Part shown: piece after piece, positions 37,407 to 49,393 of the stretch
How positions within the stretch are numbered: the first letter of the stretch is position 1
Layout: each line of letters starts with the position of its first letter
Origin: Heteronotia binoei
Lineage: Eukaryota
Length of the DNA stretch: 64,000 nucleotides
Direction: 5' to 3'
Assembly: GCF_032191835.1 (NCBI RefSeq)
Contig: NC_083237.1
Span: 11,470,001 to 11,534,000, forward strand
The notes under the pieces: generated by a model
Database searches by the model: none
What the model was told of the DNA's origin: nothing
What the model saw: the letters and a program-made list of their open reading frames with translations, nothing else
Position numbers and translations under genes: made by a program

Positions 37407-37780
37407 CTGAATCTGTACAAGTGGTAACACATTTATCATCCCAATTAATGTAGTCACCTTAAACTCTATCCTATAGATTTGTCAGTCCATGGTAAATTTC
37501 ATAATGGTTCCTAGCACAGATGACAGAAATGCTGCTCCTTGAATGTCAATTGTGCTGACAGATGCTGACTATCCAGGCTGAACAACATGATGATTTTGGC
37601 ACTGATGACCAAGACTAAGAATTTCCCAGTGTCCAATTTAGTGAAGTCTCTATCTCTGCATACCTCGTTATATTAATAATGGTGATACTGATTTTCTGGA
37701 AGATGAATAATATAGAAATGTGTCTTTAAGAACACCACTAACTTTCTAATTTTTGTTTCTTTTAGGGTGTTTCAAAAATT

Positions 37781-38722
37781 ATGAATAGCACCATGGTGAG
37801 GGAATTCATACTCTTGGGGTTTACGGGCAACCGAAAACTTGAAATTTCCCTTTTTCTGGTTCTTTTTGGGATGTATATTTTAACCATTATGGGGAACGTG
37901 ATAATAATTGTGGTCACATTGGTGGATCACCACCTCTACACCCCAATGTATTTCTTCCTCCGCCATTTTGCAGTCTTAGAGATTGGATTCACCACTTCCA
38001 TTACTCCCAACGTATTGGTCAACATGGCCATGGGCCGTAGAAGTATCTCCATATCTGGTTGCTTCACACAGTTCTTTCTGTACTTTGTGTTGGGGACAAC
38101 AGAGTTCTTTCTTTTGGCAGTAATGTCTGTTGACAGATATGTGGCCATCTGTAACCCTCTTCGCTACTCAACTATAATGCATGGTCAAGTCTGCTCACTG
38201 CTGATCCTTTGCTCTTGGCTTGGAGGTTTTCTACTGATCCTTGGTCCAGCAGTTGCATTATTTCAGATGCCATTTTGTGGCCCAAACACCATCAACCATT
38301 TTTTCTGTGACAACGGACCCCTGATCAAACTTGCATGTATCGACACGAGCCTACTTGAACGCATGGATTTTCTCATTGCTACAATCTCTCTCATCGGGAC
38401 CTTGATAGTTACCATTGTGTCCTATGTCAACATTGTTTCCAGCATCTTGCGCATTTCATCTTCTACTGGGAGGCAGAAAGCCTTCTCCACTTGTGCCTCC
38501 CACATCACTGTGGTGTCTATCACTTATGGCAGCTGCATTTTCATGTACATCAAGCCTCAAGGCAACAGTGAGTTCAACTTCAGCAAGTCAGTGGCGATTC
38601 TTAATGTAGTTGTGTCTCCTTTTTTGAATCCATTCATATACTGCCTAAGGAACAGGCAGGTTCAGGATGCCCTGCGAACTCTATGTAGACAGGGGACTGG
38701 GTTTTGTAAAAGGTCTGTGTGA
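37781..38722 (+). CDS. Olfactory receptor, family-6-like (OR-E), 313 aa, intact
   Basis: [41 protein letters not shown]. Acceptor ends at 37765. Confidence 0.96.
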   Translation: MNSTMVREFILLGFTGNRKLEISLFLVLFGMYILTIMGNVIIIVVTLVDHHLYTPMYFFLRHFAVLEIGFTTSITPNVLVNMAMGRRSISISGCFTQFFLYFVLGTTEFFLLAVMSVDRYVAICNPLRYSTIMHGQVCSLLILCSWLGGFLLILGPAVALFQMPFCGPNTINHFFCDNGPLIKLACIDTSLLERMDFLIATISLIGTLIVTIVSYVNIVSSILRISSSTGRQKAFSTCASHITVVSITYGSCIFMYIKPQGNSEFNFSKSVAILNVVVSPFLNPFIYCLRNRQVQDALRTLCRQGTGFCKRSV

Positions 38723-38969
38723 GTTTCTGTAGAGCTACTCATAGAAGCATAATGTCCTGAGGTTAAAGATAAGAATAAGCCACTTTCAAGTTTTAGCCAA
38801 GACATATTGAGAAAGTAGACAGTCTGCATGTAGACTTATCATTTCTGAGCTTACAGGTACCTTTATGCCTCTTTTATGGGGTAGCTCTTGTGGAAGGAAG
38901 CTTTTAAAAACTGAAAAAAAATCCTCGACATTTATAGAAGATTCAAAGAAGTATTATTAATAATTTTGG

Positions 38970-39160
38970 AGAGGGGCTGTAGCTCAGTGACGCAGCATCT
39001 GCTTCGTGTGGCGAATTTCCCAGGTTCAATCCCCAGTTAAAAGAATCAGGTAATAGGTGATGTGGAAGACCTCTGCCTGAGACACTGAAGAGCAATCGCC
39101 AGTTTTGGTGGACAATACAAACTTGAATGCACCAATGATCCAGCTTCAGATGTCCATATA
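38970..39160 (+). mobile_element. Decayed tRNA-headed SINE
   Basis: ggggctgtagctcagtg...ccaggttcaatccc. Confidence 0.75.
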
Positions 39161-39347
39161 TCCTACCTCAATTATAAAAGTGCTTATTCAATGCCTGTTG
39201 ATTTTATGTGAAATCTGTATTTAAAAACTACTAAACTCTAGTGACTATGTGCCATAAATATAGTATTTCTCTTCAAAATTAGAGTACTTCTAATTGGTGA
39301 TGTATTTTTTGTTTATTTTAAATTTTTTGCACAGCATATATAATGTT

Positions 39348-39760
39348 GAGAGCCAGTTTGGTGTAGTGGTTAAGTGTGCGGACTCTTTTTTTTTTTTTAA
39401 TATCAAAGCAGTTTATTGAAATAAAAAAAAACAAATAAAGCATAGTCATTGACCATATCGTCAGCGTCCTTACTTAAACAAGTTGGACAATCATACAATA
39501 TAGTACATTGGACTCTTATCTGGGAGAACTGCGTTTGATTTCCCACTTCTCCACTTGCAGCTGCTGGAATGGCCTTGGGTTAGCCATAGCTCTCACAGAG
39601 TTTGTCCTTGAAAGGGAAGCTGCTGTGAGAGCCCTCTTAGCCCCACCCACCTCAGAGGGTGTCTGCTGTGGGGGGAGAAGATGTAGGAGAATGTAAGCCG
39701 CTCTGGGTCTCTGATTCAGAGAAGGACGGGGTATAAATCTGCAGTCTTCTTCTTCTTAAA
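39348..39760 (+). mobile_element. Squam3-like SINE interrupted by a polyadenylated insert
   Basis: Head is split at ggactctt. Confidence 0.88.
39388..39509 (-). mobile_element. ~120-bp polyadenylated retro-insert
   Basis: Minus strand ends AATAAA-13 nt-poly(A). TSD ggactctt at 39380-39387 and 39510-39517. Confidence 0.85.
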
Positions 39761-39979
39761 ATCTCACAGATTCAGTTGCCATTATTATTTTTTTCCAAAT
39801 AGTTTAGATTGCAAGTAATTGTGCTGGCCCAAAGCCACAGCCAAAATCTAATACCCTGTAGTTAGTTTTATTAAGAACAACCAAAATAGCATGAAACTTT
39901 GTGGACTTTTAATTAGAGATGATATCTAAATTTGAAGGCTGTAAAAATCTCACGATTATACATGAGATTCCCTGATCTG

Positions 39980-40062
39980 GATGGCACAGGTGAGTTTGAC
40001 TTTGTCAGATCTTGGAAGCTAAGCAGGGTCAGCCCTGGTTATTATTCAGATGGTTGACCACC
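39980..40062 (+). mobile_element. 5S-rRNA-derived SINE head remnant
   Basis: gatcttggaagctaagcagggtcagccctggtta. Confidence 0.6.
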
Positions 40063-40081
40063 AAGGAAGCATATCGGTAAC

Positions 40082-40552
40082 TATCACAGTCCAGGTATCG
40101 TAGGTCAGAGGTTCAGAAGCCAAAGTCAGGGGGTCCAGAAGCTGAAGTCAGAAGCCAAAGTGGATGCTAGAACGTCAGGTAAGTGACTAGTTGCTTCCAC
40201 AAAGCCTTCCCTCAAAGCCCACAGCTATATAGCCCTCTGCTGTCTGTGGCCCATTTGGGCTAATTGCTGACTCAGAGGGCAGCCAGGATCCTGCTGAGAC
40301 TCAAGCACCCTCACTCCTAGAAGGGCCAGAATCCTTTCAAAACTCAGGGAGCGTCTTGCTCGTGAGCGTGCCACCCTCCTCCGATCCCTGAGGTCCTGAC
40401 GAAGGCGGTCACGCACCCGAGCCACCCGAGAGGGCAAGGCAGGGGGGCTTGGATCTTCTCCAGCAGGAGGCAGGGGCACTGGTGCAGGTGGCAGGGGCAC
40501 AGTTTCTTCTGCAGGCTCGGCTTCTTCTGCAGGGCCCCCAGCACCCATGACA
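40082..40552 (-). mobile_element. Solo LTR (probably Ty3/Gypsy), 471 bp
   Basis: Termini tatca...tgaca (decayed TG..CA), 5-bp TSD gtaac at 40077-40081 and 40553-40557. Confidence 0.78.
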
Positions 40553-40560
40553 GTAACAGT

Positions 40561-43500
40561 CAATTCATTCATTCATTCATTCATTCATTTCATTTTATTC
40601 ACTTTATATCCCGCCCTACCCCACTGAAGCGGGCTCAGGGCGGCTCACAACACAGAGGGTTCTAACAATAAAATTCTAATTTTAAATACAATAACAGTTT
40701 ACATCATTAAAACATTAAAAACATTAAAATCAGTACTTCAGTCCAACAATATACTATCTATGACTTCCTTTGATGTTTTGATAGTTTTAGTGCCGGTCAG
40801 TTATAGGCCAACCAGAAGAGGACTGTCTTACAGGCCCTGCGGAATTGTCCAATATCCCACAGGGCCCTGACCTCTTCCGGTAACTGGTTCCACCAGCAAG
40901 GGGCTGTTATGGAGAAGGCCCTATCCCTAGTTGACGGTCCCTAAGGTAGGCAGGTCCTAGACCATATAGGGCTTTAAAGGTAATAACCAGCACCTTGTAC
41001 CGGACTCGGTATATTATCAGCAGCCAGTGCAGTCCCCGGAGGCCCGGCTGAATGTGCTCCCGTCTAGGGAGCCCTAATAGCAGCCGGGCAGCGGCGTTCT
41101 GCACTAGCTGCAACTTCCGGGTTCGGCACAGGGGCAGCCCCATGTAGAGGGCATTACAGTAATCCAACCTTGAGGTGACCGTTGCATGGATCACTGTTGC
41201 TAGATCGTCCTGCTCTAGGAAGGGAGCCAACTGCCTTGCCCGCCTAAGGTGAAAAAATGCGGACTTAGCAGTGGCTGCTACCTGGGCCTCCATAGTTAAG
41301 GCAGGCTCAAGTAGTACCCCCAAGCTCTTGACCCTGTGCGCCATTGTCAGAGGCACACTGTCAAGGGCTGGAAGGGGAATTCCCCCCCCCCCGCCCCAGA
41401 CCACGGCGACCCAAGCAAAGGACCTCTGTCTTCGCTGGATTTAGTTTCAGCCTACTCAGCCTGAGCCATCTAGCCATGGCTTGTAATGCCCGGTCCAGGT
41501 TTTCTGGGACACAGTCAGGCCAGCCGTCCATGAGTAGATAGAGCTGGGTGTCATCAGCATACTGGTGACAACCCAGCCCATGCCTCCAGGCAATCTGGGC
41601 AAGGGCGCGCATGTAAATATTAAACAACATTGGGGAAAGAACTGCCCCCTGAGGCACCCCACAATCCAGTGTGTGCCTCTGGGACAGCTCACCTCCAATT
41701 GCCACCCTTTGTCCCCGACCATCAAGGAACGAGGAGAGCCATTGTAAGGCCAACCCCTGAATCCCCACGTTGGTGAGGCAACGGGTCAGCAGCCGGTGGT
41801 CGACCGTATTGGTCCAACAACACCAGCACTGCCGAGCCACCTCGATCCAGATGCCGCTGGAGGTCATCCATCAGAGCGACCAGCACTGTCTCCGTCCCAT
41901 GACCCGGACGGAAACCAGACTGATGGGGGTCAAGAACGGAAGCATCCTCCAGAAAGCTCTGCAACTGCAACGCCACTGCCTCTCTCAATGAGTTTACCCA
42001 AAAAGGGTAAATTCGAAACCGGCCGATAGTGTGTCAATTCGGCAGGATCTAACGTTGGTTTCTTCAATAGAGGGCAGACCACAGCCTTTTTCAGAGGTGC
42101 TGGAAAATGCCCTTCCATCAGGGATCTGTTTATGATATCCCATACAGGATATCTAAGCTCCCTCTGGCAAGCTTTAATAAGCCAGGAGGGTCAGGGGTCC
42201 AGATTACAAGTTGTAGGGCGAGCAGATGCGAGGATCCTGTCAACTTCCTCCAGGCTGAGAGCACTGAAACCATCCAGGACACACTCTGAAGACAGGCACA
42301 GAGCCTCAAGTTCACATACTGTCACCAATATGGCGGGAAAGTCGTGGCGGAGCGATGCGACCTTATCTGCAAAAAAGTTCGCAAAAGCCTCACAGCCAAT
42401 CTCCAATTCTTTAGAATTTGGTCTGCCTTGTGGCAGAGTTATAAGGGTCCGAATTGTATTAAACAGTTGTGCCGGGCGCAAAGTTGCAGATGCAATCTTA
42501 GCCGCAAAGTATGTTTTCTTTGTGGCCTTGACTGCCATCTCATAGGACTTCATTACTTCTCTATAAGATGTTCTAATCACTTCGTCTCGAGTATGCCGCC
42601 ATTGCCTCTCTAGCCGTCTGAGTCCACGCTTTAATTGCCGCAACTCCTGCTTATACCAGGGTGCCGACTTTTGGTGGGGGCGCAGAGGGCGCCTAGGTGC
42701 GATCTCGTCGATGGCCCGGGAGAGCCCATCGTTCCAAGACTCTACCAAGTCATCCAAGGAACCGCCAGGGAGCCAGGGATCCCGTAGAGCCTTCAGGATC
42801 CATCTGGCTCTGCGGGCGAGCTAAAATACGCTCGCTGCCTAAACGGGCTTGGGGTGGGACATCCACATGAGCCTTGAGGGCATAGTGGTCCGACCATGGC
42901 ACTGCTTCAGCAGTAACATCGTCCACTAAAACTCCCGCCGCGAAGATCAAGTCTAACATGTGCCCTGCCTGGTGAGTGGGCGTTGTAACAATTTGGGAGA
43001 GTCCTAGTGTCGCCATGGATGACACCAGGTCCGTCGCCTGACTGGAGGTCATGTCATTGGCATGGACATTGAAATCACCAAGGATCAAGAGCCTTGGGTG
43101 CTCCAATGCCCAGCCTGCTGCGGCCTCCAGTAGGGACAGTAAGGCGCTAGCCGGTGCATTAGGCGGTCGGTACACCAGCCAGATCACCAACCCCTCCCCA
43201 ACGTCCCACGCCAGACCGGCACATTCAATGCCCTCAATCTCTGGGGCTGGGAGAGCCCGGAAGGAGTAAGCCTCTCGTATGAATAGAGCCACCCCTCCCC
43301 CCCCACCCGCTAATCCGTGACTGGTGAAAGACCAAGTATCCTGGGGGCGCCATCTGGGAGAGAGCTACAGTCTCCCTGTCACGCACCCAGGTCTCGGTCA
43401 TGCATGCCAGGTCCACATCCCGTTCGGACAGGAAGTCCCGAAGGGTAGAGGTTTTATTGTTTATGGACCTGGCATTGCATAACACCAGTGACAGAGGCGA

Positions 43501-43700
43501 GTATTTTAACCTGGCTCCACTACCTGTCACCGTTGGGATGGGACACAGGCTGGAAGGGGGCCGAGCCTTGTCATGTCTCGGCCTCCTTCCTTTATATTTC
43601 TGCCTGTTCCCACCGTCATACCTTCCCCTCCCCAGGAGTACTGAAATCCCCAGACCAGTCATCTCCTGCCAGTGTTACCAGAAATTCAACCCAGTGCACA
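40561..43700 (-). mobile_element. Near-full-length L2-clade LINE ORF2 (APE plus RT), frameshifted
   Basis: LCNARSINNK, CMTETW, ILGDFN, WSDHY, QSGFRPGHGTET, VPQGAVLSP, YADDTQLY. (gaat)n tail at 40561. The AT-rich 43700-44000 may be 5' UTR. Confidence 0.92.
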
Positions 43701-44569
43701 GCTGAGTCTACTGATTTCCCTCCTCCGCCCTACCCCACTCTACCTATTATTCATTAGCTAAAATATAATTTAATTAATTAAATCCGCACGGCTCCTTAAT
43801 TATAAAACCCTCCCAACTCAATTTATCTGCCCTAATCAATTTGCCAAAATTATCATTCTTCCATTTAGCTAATTATTAAATAAATCAAAATCTTATTAAA
43901 TAACCAACAATTTACTAATTATACAATCCAATCTAATAATAGTGGCAGCTAAAATCGACTAGAATTGGGGGGGTTAAAAAGGGTTTTTGGAAAACCTTAC
44001 GCCAAGATTTCATATAAATATATCTGAAAGCACTGACAACATTGACCCCTGTGAGACACCACATGGAAGTTCTTCTAAAGCTCAAACAGCCTCCTCAGAG
44101 AAAACCATATCCCATCTTTGATCTGACAGAAAACACCAGAAGAAATGGAGAGAATGAGTAGACACACCTCAGGCAGAATCTAAATGGCTTTACAAGAACA
44201 AATAGTACACTAGTGGGATTTAACCAGATGAACGGGGAAGCATTATCCTTAACTACCTGTAGGCAGAGATCATTATGTCAATGGGTGAAAACATTTTGAA
44301 ATTAGTTGGTAAATGTTTAGTGATTTTTAAAAGGTTGCTGACTCTTATTTTTACATCTCTGTTCAGTTTCCTTATATTTATAACATAATTATCAGATGAA
44401 ATGTTCCTGCCAAAAATGAACAGTAAAACCTACAAAGAAGCCATGGGAAACAGCCCAGTTATGTTGGTTTTGCTTCGTTTGAACAGTACAGCACAGTAAG
44501 TTCCACAAGTACCCTTTAGAACAAATGGTGGTTCCTTGAGCCTGAATCAGATCTGTAGTAAAAGTTCTG

Positions 44570-44667
44570 CTCTTCAGGGAAGCACAGCTGAAATCCCTCG
44601 TGTGATCTAACAAGCAAAGCACTAACCCCTTGTGTGTTTTGCAAAGGCCATAAGCTTATGGAGAGAG
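44570..44667 (+). promoter_or_regulatory. Candidate OR promoter module (for OR-F)
   Basis: ctcttcagggaagcacagctgaaatccctcgtgtg...ttttgcaaaggccat. Confidence 0.5.
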
Positions 44668-44959
44668 CTATGTGCACCACAACCAACAGGAAGTTGCTGG
44701 AGCAGAGAGATGGAGAAATGAATACAATCAATTTTGTAGAAATGAATATAATCAATTTTCAGAGCCTGTGAGATAAGAAATCGAAGACTTTGGTCAAAGG
44801 TATAGAAGGTGCAGGCTCAGGAAATGGTTTCGTAGAGTGAACCTTATGCATCTCATGAACTTTGTCTGGGCAGCTTCTTCTTCGTGGCCACCTTCGGATT
44901 CTTTCTTAGCTATAACCTAAAGGGTTCAGGGGCTTCTTTGTCATCTGAAGAAACAAGAA

Positions 44960-45515
44960 CAAAATGTTGGGAGACCAGGAAAAAGACTGAATGTCCCCTT
45001 TTGGCAAACAGGATTGTAAGTGGTGAATATTCTTGCTAGGTGCTCTCATTTGGTTGGGGAAAAATAAAAGGGGTTTACAGTGCGTCCCTCAACAATTACA
45101 TTATTCCAAGTCCAATTAGTTGAGGATAAAGCATAATAATCATCTTTGAGTTAAGATAATGGTAACTTTTAGTGAAGATTCTATAACTTTGAATTTTACC
45201 TTTAGAATGTTTTTTATATATTTTGAATACCGGCGGAGGTCATAAATTAAAGGTGAGGCAGGAGAGGAAAATTTGTAATGTATTGGCTGATTATATTTGG
45301 GTTTTGATTGAAGTATATTTTTCAATATATTGCAAAAATAATAAAATTTGGTCTACCAAAATGTTGGGAGACCAGGGAAAAGACTGAATGTCCCCTTTTG
45401 GCAAACAGGATTGTAAGTGGTGAATATTTTTGCTAGGTGTTCTCATTCGGTTGGGGAAAAATAAAAGGGGCTTACAGTGCATCCCTCAACAATTACAATA
45501 TTCTAAGTCCAATTA
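44960..45515. repeat. 159-bp direct repeat (44960-45118; 45357-45515) around a 238-bp AT-rich spacer
   Basis: caaaatgttgggagaccagg...tccaatta occurs twice with few mismatches. Confidence 0.92.
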
Positions 45516-45737
45516 AATCAAGGGATATAGAAAGGTGTAGCTTGGCAGAATGGTACCACTAATGTGCTATGTTTTTTGTGTTTGTATCTAGCATACGACC
45601 CTTGGCTTCCATTGGCCCTGTATTTCATCAAAATTAATCTCCATTTTTCAGAACTGTCACATCTTCCCTCCCCTCTCAGTCCTTAAAGAGAGCTGTGTGC
45701 ACAATTGACTTACAGCTGATTTATGGTTAAACTTTCC

Positions 45738-46065
45738 CTGGAGGTTTTCAAATAGAGACTAGATGGCCATCTGACAGCAATGCTGATCCTGTGAACTTAG
45801 GCAGATCATGAGAGGAAGGGCAGGAAGGGTGTTCTCATGACCCTTTCTTACATGCTCAGAGAAATGCTGATCGCCACTTTGGGGTCAGGAAGCAATTTTC
45901 TCCAGGTCAGTTTGGCCCGGGATCCTGGAGGGATTTTGTTTGTTTGTTTGTTTTGCCATCTTCTGGGCTGGAGCAGGGGTCACTGGGTGTGTAGGAGAGA
46001 GGTATTTGTGTATTTCCTGCACTGTACAGGGGATTGGGCTACATCACTCCCCAGCCTCATACTTG
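45738..46065 (+). mobile_element. CR1 3' end (long 3' UTR variant)
   Basis: ctagatggccatctgacagcaatgctgatcctgtg...ttcctgcactgtacagggg. Confidence 0.75.
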
Positions 46066-46580
46066 TCGAATTTAGATATTCCATCTCATAGAAGGGCCTT
46101 TTCTATGGCCCGCTGTAATAGCTTTACCTCGGAGATGGTAACACGCAGCTACAGAAAGACACCGACAGCTGAGCATGTCTGCCAGTGTGGTACTGGAGAC
46201 ATGGATGCAATCACACATATTCTATTTAGCTGTAGGTATTGCAACCAAATACGTGCTAGATTAATACAACCTAAGCAGGAAAGATTTTCAGGTTTCTTGA
46301 ATACTGTTATCAGCAACATGCTTCTTTCAGATTCTCATCTCGAGGTCTCGTTGGCATGTGCCAAATCTCTAGCAGCAACCTACAGAAGTCGTAAACAGTG
46401 TGTAAGGGTGTGCTATGGGTTCTAAGATATTTTATTTAATTGTTTGTAAATGCTTCGTTATTGTTCCCTTTTTACACTGGCTTCTAAATCTTATGTTATT
46501 ACGGTTATATTTTGATACTGTTTTTTAAAACGTCTGGATTGTTTTGTGCTGGTTACGTACTGTAATACAGCAATAATGAC
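46065..46580 (+). mobile_element. Non-LTR retrotransposon 3' fragment with Cys/His motif, clade uncertain
   Basis: RRAFSMARCN...EHVCQCGTGDMDAITHILFSC, then AT-rich 3' UTR. Confidence 0.6.
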
Positions 46581-47636
46581 GACGTTGATGGACTACATCA
46601 CCTTGGAGGTACAGGTGGATTGCTATTTTCCCTTCTTTCTCTAAGTAACTTTGGTGCCCTTTGAAACCTGCTGAAATTTATTGTACTGACCAAAATTTGG
46701 GACCAGTAGCTGCTTAAAGACCAATGAGATATCAGAAGCATAAGCTTTTGAGAGTCAAAGCTGCATGGACAGACACTTCAGGACTTTGGCTCCAGAAAGC
46801 TTTAGAAAGAAGCCTGGGAATCTTGTTGATTTTTGAGCTGCCCCTGGTCTTGAATTTCACACTTCTACTGCAAACTGACACAGCTTCCCACCTGAAACGG
46901 TTACCATGAGCATCTTCTGACATAATTCAGTCTGCAACACGTCCTGTGTTTTACTCTGAAGCTGAAGATCACAGTTCTTCCATAATGGCCTGAAATGTGT
47001 ATTTTTGCTTCCCACCAGCTCCTTTTTTTTTCAATGGAATCTTTTTGTACAGAACATATAGATTGATGAAGAATTCTGAAGAACTCAGAAATGTGCACTT
47101 TGTGATCTTTAGGTTGGTCTTAATAATCAGCATTACATGACTTGCTTTTGGACATTTTTGTGGACCAGCAATGACTACCTAAAAACTCTGGTACCGCATG
47201 GTGTGAGAGATGGAATTCATCATTCATACGTGATTGCCAAAGTGCACCATTTGTGGTCCTGTTTATATGACGATCAAGCCTTTCTTAGCTGTCAAGATCC
47301 AGCTCCAAATTCATTCCATTCAGTGGGTGTCACTGGTTCAACCTAAAAGAAAATTCATACTGAATCTGGGGGTTACTCATTAATGGAAGGCTCTAAGGAA
47401 TTATGAGGAAGTATTAAATAATTTCAATAGGGCTAGATATAGTCCCTTGGGAAGAGGTGGTATAGCTCAATCCTCTACCTTCCAGGTAAAACTCCATTTT
47501 ACAGGCAGCATACTTTGCATTGTGAGATGCTGAGGGTAAATAATGAAGGCTTGACATATGAGATGGCATCAAACTGGGCACTTTGGATATAGAATCTTGA
47601 ACTAGATGGTCCTTGAGTAGATTTTGAACCTCAATT

Positions 47637-47712
47637 TCCTTCCTTCCTTCCTTCCTTCCTTCCTTCCTTCCTTCCTTCCTTCCTTCCTTCCTTCCTTCCT
47701 TCCTTCCTTCCT
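47637..47712. repeat. (TTCC)n microsatellite
   Basis: Direct reading. Confidence 0.98.
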
Positions 47713-48044
47713 GCGGAATTGCAAGTGGTAGAATATTTACCAAGTGGTAGAATATTCTTACCAATAGAGAGTGATAGAAACACAGCTGTGCACACATGAG
47801 TTGTGCTGGGAGACAATGCCCAACAAGCCCTTTCTTCTGTGCTGAAAAGCATGAAGGTTTAGGCATGTATGAAAAAAGATAGTTCCCTCCCCAGTGTCCA
47901 GTTTGGCAACCCCTCATTAAACCAACGAATCTCATGATACAAATAATGGTAACATTAACTTTATGGAAGATGAATAATACGAAAAACACCTTTAAACAAA
48001 TCTCTAATTTTATAATTTGTTTCTTTTAGAGTAATACAAAAATT

Positions 48045-48986
48045 ATGAATAGCACCATGGTGAAGGAATTTATTCTCTTGGGGTTTACGGATAACCGAAA
48101 GCTTGAAATCTTTCTTTTCCTGGTTCTTTTTGGGATGTATATTTTAACCATCATGGGGAACCTGGCAATAATTGTGATCACATCAGTGGACCGCCACCTC
48201 TACACCCCAATGTATTTCTTCCTCCGCCATTTTGCAATCTTAGAGATTGGGTTCACCACTTCCATTATTCCAAACACATTGGCCAACATGGCCATGGGCC
48301 ATAAGAGGATCTCTATATCTGGTTGCTTTTCACAGTCCTTTCTGTACTTTGTCTTCGGGACAACAGAGTTCTTTCTTTTGGCAGTAATGTCTGTTGACAG
48401 ATATGTGGCCATCTGTAACCCTCTTCGCTATTCAACTATAATGCATGGTCAAGTCTGCTCACTGCTGGTGCTTTGCTCTTGGCTTGGAGGTTTTCTACTG
48501 ATCCTTGGTCCAGCAGTTGCATTATTTCTGATGCCGTTTTGTGGCCCAAACACAATCAACCATTTTTTCTGTGACAGCGGACCCCTGATCAAACTTGCAT
48601 GTATTGACACGAGCCTACTTGAACTCATGGACTTCCTCATTGCCACCATCTCTCTCATTGGGACCTTGACAGTTACCATTGTGTCCTATGTCAACATTGT
48701 TTCCAGCATCTTGCACATTTCATCTTCTACTGGGAGGCAGAAAGCCTTCTCCACTTGCGCCTCCCACATCACTGTGGTGTCTATCACTTATGGCAGCTGC
48801 ATTTTCATGTACATCAAGCCTCAAGGCAACAGTAAGTTCAACTTCAGCAAGTCAGTGGCGATTCTTAATGTAGTTGTGTCTCCTTTTCTGAATCCATTCA
48901 TTTACTGCCTAAGGAACAAGCAGGTTCAGGATGCCCTGCGAACTTTATGTAGACAGGGGGTTGGGTTTTGTAAAAGTTCTGTATGA
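48045..48986 (+). CDS. Olfactory receptor, family-6-like (OR-F), 313 aa, intact, close paralog of OR-E
   Basis: Same motifs including the shared MSVDRY variant. 5' and 3' flanks are homologous to those of OR-E. Confidence 0.96.
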   Translation: MNSTMVKEFILLGFTDNRKLEIFLFLVLFGMYILTIMGNLAIIVITSVDRHLYTPMYFFLRHFAILEIGFTTSIIPNTLANMAMGHKRISISGCFSQSFLYFVFGTTEFFLLAVMSVDRYVAICNPLRYSTIMHGQVCSLLVLCSWLGGFLLILGPAVALFLMPFCGPNTINHFFCDSGPLIKLACIDTSLLELMDFLIATISLIGTLTVTIVSYVNIVSSILHISSSTGRQKAFSTCASHITVVSITYGSCIFMYIKPQGNSKFNFSKSVAILNVVVSPFLNPFIYCLRNKQVQDALRTLCRQGVGFCKSSV

Positions 48987-49277
48987 ACCTTCTGCAGAGT
49001 ATCTCATTGAAGCATACTCTCACTGAGCTTAAAGAAAAGAATTAGTCACTTTGAAGGTTAAACCCAGAAAATTTGAGAAAGTAGACAGTCTGATTTATCA
49101 TTTCTGAGTTGACAGGTACCTTTATGTCTCTTTTGTGGTGAAGCTCTTGTTGAAGGAAACTAAAAATTACTGAAGAAAGTCTCATTTCAGCTTGAAGATT
49201 CAAAGAAGAATTGTCAGTAATTATAACCACAATTATAATAATAGGTAAGTGACAGCAGTTAATTTCGAGATGAATAT

Positions 49278-49393
49278 GAACTCATGGACTTCCTCATTGC
49301 CACAATCTCTCTCATCGGGACCTTGACAGTTACCATTCTATGTCAACATTGTTTCCAGTATCTTGCACATTGGCACTTTCTCGTTGCCACAAT
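49278..49393 (+). pseudogene. Isolated OR TM5-coding fragment
   Basis: gaactcatggacttcctcattgccacaatctctctcatcggg...ttgcacat matches ~48631-48729 with a 5-nt deletion. A 19-nt partial re-copy follows at 49375-49393. Confidence 0.88.

Noticed and set aside
39980-40062. 5S rRNA gene
   Set aside because: Partial and diverged; a SINE head or pseudogene remnant.
40225-40572. 115-aa Pro/Arg-rich ORF
   Set aside because: Lies within the solo LTR bounded by a TSD; no evidence of a host gene.
47414-47989. 191-aa ORF with (EGRK)n repeats
   Set aside because: Translation of a (TTCC)n microsatellite plus flanking DNA.
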